Of a stretch of DNA of 32,000 nucleotides, positions 21,509 to 30,748 are shown one piece after another (the first letter of the stretch is position 1; each line of letters begins with the position of its first letter). The DNA comes from Methanobacteriaceae archaeon (lineage in GTDB: Archaea > Methanobacteriota > Methanobacteria > Methanobacteriales > Methanobacteriaceae). Below the pieces are notes generated by a model. The model did no database searches and was not told the origin of the DNA. It worked only from the letters and a program-made list of their open reading frames with translations. Location: positions 1 through 32,000 of the forward strand of contig PWMT01000168.1 of assembly GCA_003558085.1 (NCBI GenBank). The letters are read 5' to 3'. The position numbers were made by a program, and so were the translations under genes.

Positions 21509-22822
21509 CTAATTACCTCTTAATTCTTTCATATGATTGATTCTTTTTTGAATTAGGGCCGCAGTTCCCACATCTTTTCGATGGTAAAGGTCTCCTTTAA
21601 CAAATTGGGTTGATTCTTCACATATTTGTTCTGCCTCAGCTATTGTTTCTCCAATCCCTACTAAGGCTAATGCTCTAGAAGCAGTAGTATAGATGGTTTT
21701 ATTTTTTTGGTTAACAGCAGCATAATAAATTAAAGCCCCTGAATCCTTAATTTTGTTTTCATTTACATCTATTGCTTTATCTGCTGCTTTTGTTTCAGGA
21801 TAACCATTGGGAACCATGTATTTACAAACTGTGGCTTTGGCTTTGAAATTAGCTTTATGGAGTTTGCCATCAATTATATCAGTACATAAATCCCGCATGT
21901 TTGTCATTAAAAGAGGCAGGACATTCATTACTTCTGGATCTCCAAAACGGGCATTATATTCTACCAGGCGCGGTCCATCCTGAGATAACATAAATTGGCC
22001 ATATAAAATTCCTTTATAGGGGTCTGTTTCTTTTTTAATAGCGTTGATTGTTTTTTCCATGATATTAACTGCTTCTTCGTATTCTTTTTTAGATAGAAAT
22101 GGTAATACACCGTTTTTATCAGAATATGATCCCATTCCTCCCGTTATTGGTCCTTGATCTCCTTCGAAGGCGTGGGGATGATCCTGAACTGCAGGCATGG
22201 GTAATAAATGATCCCCATCGGAAAAGGCCTGTATAGTGAATTCTTCTCCTACTACTTTTTCTTCTATAACTACCAGAGGATGGCCTCCCATACTAGTTTC
22301 CATAATATGTTGGGCATACTCTTTAGCTTCCTGAGAATCTTTCAGGTGTTCACCTACAATTTTAACTCCTTTTCCACCGGTAAGTCCGACTGGTTTTACC
22401 ACTACATCCTGGTCAAATTCATCTAAAAATAAACTCATGTCTTCATTATTATCAAAAATTTTATAGGTGAGAGATCCTGGTAGATTATATTTTTCAAATA
22501 AATTCCTCATAAAGGCTTTATCTGTTTCTATTTTAGCAGCTTCTTGAGTAGGTCCCACGCAATTTATACCTTCCCTTTCAAGTAAATCTACAATACCCTG
22601 TTCTAAAGGGGCTTCAGGTCCAATAATTGCCATGTCAACTTTATTTTCTAAAGCAAATTGCTTAATTTTATCCATGTCACTTTCACTGGCAAGCTTATAT
22701 TGGGATAAACGAGCGATGCCAGGATTAGTATTGCTCATAATAGAATAAATTTCAGCTTCATCTTTCAAAGATTCGCAGATAGTATGTTCTCTGGCTCCAG
22801 TACCAACCACTAAAATTTTCAT
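21509..22822 (-). CDS. purD: Phosphoribosylamine-glycine ligase
   Basis: The N-terminus is [15 protein letters not shown]. An ATP-grasp core is present, along with [15 protein letters not shown]. Confidence 0.9.
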   Translation of the reverse strand: MKILVVGTGAREHTICESLKDEAEIYSIMSNTNPGIARLSQYKLASESDMDKIKQFALENKVDMAIIGPEAPLEQGIVDLLEREGINCVGPTQEAAKIETDKAFMRNLFEKYNLPGSLTYKIFDNNEDMSLFLDEFDQDVVVKPVGLTGGKGVKIVGEHLKDSQEAKEYAQHIMETSMGGHPLVVIEEKVVGEEFTIQAFSDGDHLLPMPAVQDHPHAFEGDQGPITGGMGSYSDKNGVLPFLSKKEYEEAVNIMEKTINAIKKETDPYKGILYGQFMLSQDGPRLVEYNARFGDPEVMNVLPLLMTNMRDLCTDIIDGKLHKANFKAKATVCKYMVPNGYPETKAADKAIDVNENKIKDSGALIYYAAVNQKNKTIYTTASRALALVGIGETIAEAEQICEESTQFVKGDLYHRKDVGTAALIQKRINHMKELRGN

Positions 22823-23165
22823 TATATTCCTCCCTAAAAATCACCTTATAAATCCTAACTTGAATGATTAATTATAATATTAGGATATTAAATATAGGTT
22901 TTTTTATTACCTTAGGAGGCAATAACTGTACCTATTTTTATTATAAACTTAGAAGAATAAGTTCAAGTAATAAAATTCAATTTAGAATTAATAATTATGC
23001 AGACTATTGAAGAATTTTTATTTAAACTATTAATATCCATCCTAGCATTTAATAAAATTAAACAAGATTAAATATGACTATAAGTTAATATCAAATAACT
23101 GAATAAAAAATAAAAAATCAAGTATCTCAGCTATTAATCTATGTAAACTATTATCAGGTGTTATT

Positions 23166-24908
23166 ATGAAAGGCGGACAGGCTATAATAAACTCTCTTAT
23201 TGATCAAGGAGCAGATATCGTTTTTGGATATCCCGGGGGACAATTACTACCTCTTTACGACATGATATATGATTCTGATCTAAAACATATCTTGGTTAGA
23301 CATGAGCAATGCGCAGCTCATGCAGCAGATGGCTACGCTCGGGCTTCTTGAAAAGTAGGGGGTTGTATTGCCACCTCTGGTCCAGGTGCAACTAATTTGG
23401 TTACCGGTATTGCCACTGCAAACATGGATTCAGCCCCTATTTTAGCCATAGCTGGACAGGTACCCACCCATTTAATTGGTAATGATGCATTTCAAGAAGT
23501 AGATATGATTGGAATCACCATCCCCATAACTAAACACAGCTTTCAAGCTAATGATGCTAATGAAATACCAGGAATGATTAAATCTGGATTTGAAATCGCA
23601 CGCACTGGCCGACCAGGGCCGGTGGTGATTGATCTACCTAAAGATATACAGGAGCAGGAGCTTGATAAATACCATTCCCACCAACTGGATTTACCAGGAT
23701 ACAAACCTACTTTGAAGGGACATCCTCTACAAATTAAAAAAGCTGCTGAAAGCATATTAAATGCTAAAAAACCAGTTATATTATCTGGTGGTGGTGTAAT
23801 AATTTCTAATGCATCATCAGAACTAAAAGAATTATCTAATTTAATAAAGGCGCCAGTTACCACTACTTTATTAGGTAAGGGTTCCTTTCCAGAAGATGAA
23901 CCGGCATCAATGGGAATGCTGGGTATGCATGGAAGAAAGGTAGCCAATATAACCGTGGATGAATGTGATTGTTTAATAGCAGTGGGTTGTCGTTTTTCAG
24001 ATCGAACCACTGGAAACTTGGAAGAATTTGCTAATAATGCCCAGATAATCCATATTGATGTGGATCCTGCAGAAATCGGTAAAAATGTTGATGTACATGT
24101 ACCTATTGTGGGAGACGCGAAAACTGTATTACAGCAATTACTAAGTATTATAAAAAAACAGAGCTTACCTAATAATAAAAAATGGTTTAATGAAGTTTAC
24201 GAATTCAAAAAAAGCTGCATCCCACGTACTTCCTTTGAAGAGGATATACCTTTAAAACCACAACAGGTAATTAAAGAGATTTCCCATGTAGTGGATGCAG
24301 ATACAATTCTCACTACTGATGTTGGTCAAAATCAGATGTGGATGGCTCATTTTTTTAAGTCTCAAAAACCAAGAAAGTTTATATCTTCTGGTGGTTTAGG
24401 AACTATGGGATTTGGCTTTCCAGCAGCTATGGGTGCTAAAGTAGCTCTTCCTGAAAGTGATGTTGTCGCAGTATGTGGAGATGGTGGCTTTTTAATGGTA
24501 AGTCAAGACCTGGCTACTGTCAAAGAATATGATATACCAGTAGTGATTTGTGTCCTAGATAATCGATACTTAGGAATGGTGGCTCAATGGCAAAAATTGT
24601 TCTTTGATAAACGGATGTCCCATACTTACCTGGGAGAAGTTCCTGACTTTGTAAAATTAGCTGAAGCATTTGGAGTTCGAGCAGAAAGAGTAGAAAAACC
24701 AGGAGATACACAGGAAGCTCTACAAAACGCTATAAAATCAGGTGAGCCCACGTTATTGGATATTATAATTGATCCTGATGAAATATTACCTATGGTTCCT
24801 CCCGGATGTGGTTTAACAGAAATTATAGGTGAATATAAAGTTGAAAGAGAACATCCCCGAGAGATAACCTATAAAAATACTGTGAAAAAACCGGTGGAAG
24901 GTGAATAG
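23166..24908 (+). pseudogene. ilvB: Acetolactate synthase large subunit interrupted by one in-frame TGA (codon 62)
   Basis: ORFs 23166-23351 and 23397-24908 are in the same frame. Translating through gives ...[43 protein letters not shown]... The stop (23349-23351) sits where AHAS/ThDP enzymes have an invariant Gly (…ARA(S/T)G(K/E)VGV…). The rest of the gene is intact, including the ThDP motif GGLGTMGFGFPAAMGA…GDGGF. Confidence 0.8.
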
Positions 24909-24909
24909 C

Positions 24910-25407
24910 ATGAACGAAAGAAGCCATATCATCAGTGCCCTGGTAGAACATAAGCCCGGTGTATTACAGAGGGTTGCGGGATTGTTTACCCGTAGAGGAT
25001 TCAATATAGACACTATAACTGTAGGGGAAACAGAAAAGAAAAAACTGGCCAGAATGACTATAATTGCTAAAGGTGATGATAAAGTATTAGAACAAATAAC
25101 CAAGCAATTAAATAAATTAATTGACGTGATCAAAGTTAGGGATCTGGAAATGGAAAACACGGTGAAAAGAGAACTGTGCCTGATAAAGGTACATACTCCC
25201 TTGGAAAAAATTCGCTCAGAAGTTATACAATATGCAGGCATATTTAGGGGACGGATTATTGATGTAAGTCCAGAAACATTGACCGTGGAAATCACCGGGG
25301 ATCCTGAAAAAATTGATGCCTTAATCGATCTTTTAAGAAATTTTGGAATTAAAGAAGTGGCGCGTACTGGTCCCACAGCAATGTCTAGAGGAATTAAAAC
25401 CATATAA
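24910..25407 (+). CDS. ilvN: Acetolactate synthase small (regulatory) subunit
   Basis: The ACT-domain N-terminus is [34 protein letters not shown]. The probable start is ATG 24910, preceded by GGAAGGTGA that overlaps the ilvB stop; the track starts at GTG 24901. Confidence 0.9.
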   Translation: MNERSHIISALVEHKPGVLQRVAGLFTRRGFNIDTITVGETEKKKLARMTIIAKGDDKVLEQITKQLNKLIDVIKVRDLEMENTVKRELCLIKVHTPLEKIRSEVIQYAGIFRGRIIDVSPETLTVEITGDPEKIDALIDLLRNFGIKEVARTGPTAMSRGIKTI

Positions 25408-25593
25408 ATTGTATTTAATCGAATCCCCAAAAATCAACCATTTTTATTTTAAAATAAATTTAAAATTTAAACCAAACAAGGTTTTGGTGGTAGGTTGGGG
25501 TCTAATATATTATTTAGTACAAAAATAAGAAGCAGTTAAATCATATTTTTAAAATCAAGTTGTTTTTTCATTTAATTTTGAGGAGGATGGAAA

Positions 25594-26580
25594 ATGAATA
25601 TATGTTATGAAAAAGACGTAGATACTCAAGTTCTAGCTGATAAAACCATTGCTGTTATTGGATATGGAAGTCAGGGTATGGCCCAGTCACGTAACATGGC
25701 AGATAGTGGTTTAAATGTAGTGGTGGGACTAAGAGAAGGTGGTAAATCATGGCAAAAAGCTCATGATGATGGTATGAAAGTAATGAATATAGAAGAAGCA
25801 ACTAATGTTGCAGACATTATTCATATCCTGATTCCTGATGAAATACAGGCAGGTGTATTCGAACAATCTATAAAACCTTATCTAAAAGAAGGTAACACCA
25901 TATCTTTTTCACATGGTTATAACATCCACTTTGGATATATTAAAGTCCCTAAAAATATAAATGTGATAATGATTGCTCCTAAAGGTCCTGGAGCTATGGT
26001 ACGAAAAACTTACCTGGAAGGATTTGGAATACCTGGACTAATGGCTGTAGAACAAGATTTCAGTGGGAACTCACGGGAACTTGCTTTAGCTATGGGTAAA
26101 GGTTGTGGTTTAGCTCGAGCTGGAATATTAGAAACTACCTTCCAAGAGGAAACCGAAACCGATCTTTTTGGAGAACAGGCCGTTTTATGCGGTGGTGTAA
26201 CCGAATTAATTAAAGCTGCTTTTAAAACTTTAGTAGATGCAGGATATCAGCCAGAATTAGCTTATTTTGAAACATGTCATGAATTAAAACTCATTGTTGA
26301 TTTAATTTATGAAAAAGGATTTTCAGGTATGTGGAACGATGTGAGTAATACTGCTGAATTTGGAGGGTTAAGCCGTCGCTCCAGAATTATTACTTCAGAA
26401 ACTCAACAGCAAATGGTGGAAATATTAACTGATATCCAAGAAGGCAAATTTGCTAAAGATTGGGCTTTAGAGAATCAAGCTGGTTTGCCCATGCTTAAAA
26501 GATTGAGGGAAATTGAAAGTGAGCTTAAAATTGAAAAAGAAGGTTCTAAGTTAAGAAAATTATGTGGATTAGAAAAATAG
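25594..26580 (+). CDS. ilvC: Ketol-acid reductoisomerase
   Basis: The NADP-binding motif is [29 protein letters not shown], and the class I KARI core is present ([21 protein letters not shown]). GAGGAGGA lies upstream of the ATG. Confidence 0.95.
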   Translation: MNICYEKDVDTQVLADKTIAVIGYGSQGMAQSRNMADSGLNVVVGLREGGKSWQKAHDDGMKVMNIEEATNVADIIHILIPDEIQAGVFEQSIKPYLKEGNTISFSHGYNIHFGYIKVPKNINVIMIAPKGPGAMVRKTYLEGFGIPGLMAVEQDFSGNSRELALAMGKGCGLARAGILETTFQEETETDLFGEQAVLCGGVTELIKAAFKTLVDAGYQPELAYFETCHELKLIVDLIYEKGFSGMWNDVSNTAEFGGLSRRSRIITSETQQQMVEILTDIQEGKFAKDWALENQAGLPMLKRLREIESELKIEKEGSKLRKLCGLEK

Positions 26581-27609
26581 GTGAATAATTTGGTATTTGT
26601 AGGCATGGATCATGGAACTACAGGGGTTTCATTTACCATTCTTCCCTCATCCGCCGATACTAATAAGGTCGAACATTTCAAAATTGGGCGGGAAAGTCTT
26701 TCTCTACAAGAATTATCCGCTCTTGAACAATTATCTAAAAGAGTAGATTTAAATAAAATTAAACTTATGGCTATAACTTATGCTATGGGTGATGCTATTA
26801 ACTCTATTAAGCCATTGGATATGGTAGAAGATAGAGGGATAATTTCGATTGGTGGAGCAGGTAAGGTGACTGGTGGTGGTACCTCGGTTTATGAAGAAAT
26901 AGAAAAATCAGGTATACCTACTTTGCTAATTCCAGGCTTGCATAAAAATACTCCTTGTATGGATCCACGTTTTAAAGTAGCCTATTCCCACCATGGAAGT
27001 GCAGAAAAAATAAGTATTGCTTATAATGCTTTTCTGGAAACCGGTTGGGAAAATATGCTTGTAGCTGATATTAGCTCCAATACCGTCACCATCTTAGTGC
27101 AAGCTAGTGAAATAAAAGGTGCTATGGATGCCTGCTTAGGCGCCATGGGTGTAGTTCATGGGCCTCTTGATTTAGAGATGATAAGAAGTATTGATGATGG
27201 GAATAGAACTGCAAATGAATGTTTTTCGCGCGCAGGAGCAGTTAAAATAGCTCAAATAGATACTAAAGTCTCCCAGGCAAAAACAGAATTATTGAAAAAA
27301 TTTCTAAAGGGTGATGATCAAGCTATTCTAGCCTTGGATACTATGTTGATGACCATAGTAATGGAAATATGGGGTTTTATAGGTATTGCAGAAAAGATTG
27401 AAGGAATAGTGCTCACTGGCTCTATTGGTTCCATGGAAGAACCTGTTAATTTTTTTGGAGCTTTGAAAGATTATTTTGAAGACATTATCCCGGTGATTAG
27501 CTTACCTACCACTTCTGGGTCTATGGGTAGCGCTCAAATAGCTCGGGATATTTATAATGGTAAAAAAGATATTTTAGGAATTAAAGTAGAGGGTTATAAT
27601 CCTAAATAA
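26581..27609 (+). CDS. Methanogenesis marker protein 12-like (UPF0285; ASKHA/BadF-type ATPase fold)
   Basis: The N-terminal FVGMDHGTTG is an ASKHA phosphate-1 motif. The size and overall sequence match my recollection of the UPF0285 family found in methanogens. The start is either GTG 26581, directly after the ilvC stop, or TTG 26590, which lies 5 nt after the AGGTGA that spans the ilvC stop. Confidence 0.6.
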   Translation: MNNLVFVGMDHGTTGVSFTILPSSADTNKVEHFKIGRESLSLQELSALEQLSKRVDLNKIKLMAITYAMGDAINSIKPLDMVEDRGIISIGGAGKVTGGGTSVYEEIEKSGIPTLLIPGLHKNTPCMDPRFKVAYSHHGSAEKISIAYNAFLETGWENMLVADISSNTVTILVQASEIKGAMDACLGAMGVVHGPLDLEMIRSIDDGNRTANECFSRAGAVKIAQIDTKVSQAKTELLKKFLKGDDQAILALDTMLMTIVMEIWGFIGIAEKIEGIVLTGSIGSMEEPVNFFGALKDYFEDIIPVISLPTTSGSMGSAQIARDIYNGKKDILGIKVEGYNPK

Positions 27610-27626
27610 AATGTTTATGAAAGTTA

Positions 27627-27833
27627 TTATTTTTTTAATGCAATAAAGGAAATCTTAGTACCTTTTATAAATTTTATCCCTTCTTCTGTCTCCAAAACGA
27701 TGTTAAGATAGTTATCCAAGGCCATAATTTTACCTTGATCTTCTTCTCTGTTTTTCAAACTGATTACCACATCTTTATTTTTAAACCGTAAAAATTGACG
27801 ATTTACCTGAAAATCACTATCTGTTTTTGACAT
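27627..27833 (-). CDS. Sm-like (LSm) archaeal protein
   Basis: The 68-aa product has an Sm1-like segment VVISLKNREEDQGKIMALDNYLNIVL and an Sm2-like segment IKGTKISFIAL. Confidence 0.6.
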   Translation of the reverse strand: MSKTDSDFQVNRQFLRFKNKDVVISLKNREEDQGKIMALDNYLNIVLETEEGIKFIKGTKISFIALKK

Positions 27834-28009
27834 CTTAATCTCTCTATTTCTTTTCGTAATCTAATTAGAAAATTAAATTGCATATAGTTTTCCCCAACTT
27901 GGGATTACAGATTAATATCTATTTCTATAAGGTATACTATAAAATTAATTAGAGAATAATGTTTTAATTATAAGTTATTATATTTAAAATAAGATTAGGG
28001 TGCATGTAA

Positions 28010-28156
28010 ATGTCTGTAAATCAAATTGAAACTAACTTAGAAGCAGTTACCATCTCTATAGCTTATCTTGAAAAGTTGGGAAATTGCAATCCAGAGCTGC
28101 TGGAAGAACTTCGGAAGGAGAGAGACCGGCTTTTAAAAGAACTTAATATACGTTGA
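28010..28156 (+). CDS. Unannotated small ORF (48 aa), predicted helical/coiled-coil protein
   Basis: ATG 28010 is preceded by AGGGTG 7 nt upstream. The product is [48 protein letters not shown]. It is below the ORF-track size cutoff. It occupies an otherwise empty 470-bp gap and appears less A/T-rich than the flanking DNA. Confidence 0.35.
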   Translation: MSVNQIETNLEAVTISIAYLEKLGNCNPELLEELRKERDRLLKELNIR

Positions 28157-28238
28157 AAATTAAATAGATTTTTTAAACTGGAAAAAACCTGAATAAATTT
28201 TTTTTGGATTAATTCTCTCCTGGAAAGAATAAAATAAG

Positions 28239-28259
28239 ATGGTAATAATTAGTTACCAT
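28239..28259. terminator. Hairpin between convergent gene ends
   Basis: ATGGTAA-taattag-TTACCAT is a 7-bp stem with a 7-nt loop. It lies between the small ORF (+) and surE (-). T-runs are nearby. Confidence 0.3.
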
Positions 28260-28302
28260 TACAAGTGAATAAAATTTCCATTGCTTAATCTAAAAATATA
28301 TT

Positions 28303-29079
28303 TTAATCAATCCATTCTTTTAGGGGACCCATATCAGTGGTACAATCCAGAGAAAGAGGAGTCAAACTTGGTTTTCTGACTACTTTAAGTGTGTGTACGT
28401 CAGTATATTTTCTATCACTTCCCACTGGATGTCCATCGAGCCAATAATAAGGACGGCCGCGCGGATCTAATCTTTTTTGAATATGGGCCTGATACATCCG
28501 CTCTCCTAAATCAGTGATGATAATCTCATCACTTTGAGGATGGGCTGGAATATTCAAATTTAAGAAATCTGTACCTTCAGGTAAACCTCTTTTTATTATC
28601 TGCTTCACTACATAACGGGTTATCTTCTTGGCGAAGGAGAAATCTATATCTACATGGCCATCATGAAATTTGATTTCACCCCTAGTTACCTGTAAAGATA
28701 CGGCTAAAGCTGGAATTCCGTGTGTAGCTGCCTCCATGGCAGCGCCTATTGTACCAGAAGTTGTTAACTCTGATTTACCCAGATTTTCACCCACATTAAT
28801 TCCTGAAATCACTAAATCTGGTTTTTTCTCGGCTAATTCAAAAATTCCAAGAATAACAGCATCAGTAGGAGTCCCTGAAACGGAAAATGCTTTTCCACCA
28901 TCTCTCAATTTAATATCAGTGACTCTTATAGGTTCGAACAGTGTCAGAGCATGGCCAATACCACTTTGCTGTGTAGCAGGAGCGACTACTGTTATTTCAG
29001 CTAAGCCATTTATTGCTTTTTTACTGGCAATTATTCCTGAAGAATTTACTCCATCGTCATTAGTTATCAAAATTCTCAT
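28303..29079 (-). CDS. surE: 5'/3'-nucleotidase SurE
   Basis: The N-terminus MRILITNDDGVNSSGI carries the DD metal site, followed by SGINVGENLG and GTIGAAMEA. Confidence 0.9.
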   Translation of the reverse strand: MRILITNDDGVNSSGIIASKKAINGLAEITVVAPATQQSGIGHALTLFEPIRVTDIKLRDGGKAFSVSGTPTDAVILGIFELAEKKPDLVISGINVGENLGKSELTTSGTIGAAMEAATHGIPALAVSLQVTRGEIKFHDGHVDIDFSFAKKITRYVVKQIIKRGLPEGTDFLNLNIPAHPQSDEIIITDLGERMYQAHIQKRLDPRGRPYYWLDGHPVGSDRKYTDVHTLKVVRKPSLTPLSLDCTTDMGPLKEWID

Positions 29080-29292
29080 ATGAAAGGTTATATTGATGAA
29101 GTTTTTAATATTTTTGTATATTGATCAGAAGATATAATGATTTAATTATGTTCAAATAGGCCTATCAATTGTAAGGCATTACAGCAAATCATTACTTATC
29201 TTGCATAAAAGATTATTAGTTATAAGCTAGTAATAATAACATTAATAATTAAAGATTATAGCTTAATAGATTAAAAATTTCCTTTCTAGAAG

Positions 29293-30072
29293 GTGGGTTG
29301 TTTGCAAAAAAATAGATTAGTCGAATTCATGGCAAAAATTATGGAAGAATCCGGCTTTAAAGTATATAAAGACTTTAGAACTTCAAGGCATCTTATAGAT
29401 ATCTATGGAATTCTACCCACTATTTTAGGGGATATTGGAGTGGTAGTATCTTGTAAAAATTATGATAAAAAATGGAATGTGGGTCTTGACGTGTTAAAAG
29501 AAATGGAAATGGTAGGAAAAACTTTAAAAGCGTCTAAAGTAGTGGTTGTTACTACCTCCGCTTTCAGCTCACAGGCTGTGAATTATGCAGCTCGTAGAAA
29601 TATCAAACTAATTGATCGCGACAGTTTATTAAATTTGGCTCAGAAATTCTCCAAAAAATCAGCAGAGTTAATGGAAGAATATGAAGAATATGATGATTCA
29701 GAGGTATCTTATAATCCTCCAGGAACAACTCCAAGTATTTCTTATTCAACTAATAATTATAGAGCATCGTTAAATAGAAAAAGGGAGAAAATTAAAGCTA
29801 ATTGGCAACCTTTAGTACGGGGAATTCTAAGTAACACTCTGATTTTAATTATAATGGTAGTTGGATTCTCCTATATCACAGCCACTATGGTTGGCTATTT
29901 TATTCCCTTATCTACCAGTACTTTAGGTATATTAAAAATAGTACTATCCGTGCTTTTATCCTATGGTCTGGTCTTTATACTGGATAAGAAAGGTACCTTA
30001 GTTCTAGTTAAAGGAACCGCGGTATTTTTTATATCCCTTTTGGTTTTAATTATTCAAATAATTTTCTTTTAA
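29293..30072 (+). CDS. Membrane-anchored Mrr-type (PD-(D/E)xK) restriction-endonuclease-domain protein
   Basis: The N-terminal ~110 aa match the Mrr_cat pattern: LVEFMAKIMEESGF, IDIYG, VVVSCKNY, and VVVVTTSAFSSQAVNYAARRNIKLIDRDSLLNL. An acidic/Ser-rich linker and three hydrophobic helices follow at the C-terminus. The start is uncertain: GTG 29293 or ATG 29329. Confidence 0.6.
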   Translation: MGCLQKNRLVEFMAKIMEESGFKVYKDFRTSRHLIDIYGILPTILGDIGVVVSCKNYDKKWNVGLDVLKEMEMVGKTLKASKVVVVTTSAFSSQAVNYAARRNIKLIDRDSLLNLAQKFSKKSAELMEEYEEYDDSEVSYNPPGTTPSISYSTNNYRASLNRKREKIKANWQPLVRGILSNTLILIIMVVGFSYITATMVGYFIPLSTSTLGILKIVLSVLLSYGLVFILDKKGTLVLVKGTAVFFISLLVLIIQIIFF

Positions 30073-30124
30073 AATCAATAATTTAATTTTTCTAAGATAA
30101 CTCAAAAGTCCTGAGATAATTTAA

Positions 30125-30193
30125 GGGATGGGGAGATTCTAACATATGATCACCAGTTTCAGACGAGGTATCATAGCCCAAGGCCACCATCCC
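30125..30193 (-). pseudogene. Degenerate tRNA-like sequence (paralogous to the neighbouring tRNA-Val)
   Basis: The minus-strand sequence is GGGATGG-TG-GCCTTGGGCTATGAT-A-CCTCG-TCTGAAA-CTGGT…TCTCC-CCATCCC. It aligns block by block with tRNA-Val and keeps a perfect 7-bp acceptor stem. The anticodon stem (CCTCG vs CTGGT) and T stem (CATAT vs TCTCC) cannot pair. No TATA box lies upstream. Confidence 0.45.
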
Positions 30194-30409
30194 TGGGTTT
30201 TTAATAAGCTATAGAACTATTTGCAGTTTATTGATTATTTGAATTTTAAAAGTTAATATGAAACAAATACGCCTCTTTTTATCCTTATAAAGCCATAAAA
30301 TGTCCTTTTAATTATAAAGGAAAAATTAATCGGGCAGTGAAATGCAGGTGAAATTTTTGAACAAAAATAGATTCGAATTACTTAATAAAATTTAAAAAAA
30401 ATTAATAAA

Positions 30410-30481
<72 letters not shown>

Positions 30482-30508
30482 CCTCGCGTACAACAAGTTT
30501 GCAAACCT

Positions 30509-30520
30509 AGATATATAAAG
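30509..30520 (-). promoter_or_regulatory. TATA box for tRNA-Val
   Basis: The minus strand reads CTTTATATATCT, centred about 33 nt upstream of the mature tRNA 5' end and preceded by the purine-rich GGAAAA (BRE-like). This matches the methanogen TATA consensus TTTATATA. Confidence 0.55.
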
Positions 30521-30748
30521 TTTTCCAAAGAAAAAATGTTAATTAAAATTTTCAAGTAAAAAACTTTCAATTAATTTTGAGGATCAAAAAGCAAAAATAG
30601 AATATTAATAAACATTTTAAATTACCCAATGAATAATATCTGATTTAGATAATTTCTAATTGATAGATTTAAAAATAAGTAGAAATATCAAATTTAAACT
30701 AAAATAACTAAAATAAATTAACAGTGAAAATTATAAGAGGTTTTTATT

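Noticed and set aside
22997-23071. 24-aa ORF (MQTIEEFLFKLLISILAFNKIKQD) upstream of ilvB as a possible Ile/Leu-rich attenuation leader peptide
   Set aside because: It has no SD and no Val codons. I found no alternative terminator or antiterminator hairpins. Ile, Leu, Phe, Lys and Asn richness is what any random ORF gives in DNA this AT-rich. Leader-peptide attenuation is not established in archaea.
23349-23351. TGA in ilvB as a selenocysteine codon
   Set aside because: The aligned residue in homologues is a structural Gly, not a redox Cys. By established knowledge, Sec usage in methanogens is confined to Methanococcales and Methanopyrus. I saw no SECIS-like hairpin in the ilv operon 3' region. 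A nonsense mutation or a sequencing error is more parsimonious.
23543-24010. 155-aa minus-strand ORF inside ilvB
   Set aside because: It is an antisense shadow ORF. The ilvB frame carries all ThDP-enzyme motifs across this interval.
24813-25430. 205-aa minus-strand ORF covering ilvN
   Set aside because: It is antisense to the ACT-domain small subunit, which is clearly the real gene. Despite its length it has no motifs and would overlap two operon genes.
28670-29083. 137-aa plus-strand ORF inside surE
   Set aside because: It is an antisense shadow of surE.
30194-30409. Interval between the tRNA-like remnant and tRNA-Val as a possible integrated element flanked by att-like tRNA repeats
   Set aside because: It is only 216 bp, contains no ORF and has no integrase nearby. 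The two tRNA-like copies are diverged over their whole length rather than sharing an exact att core.
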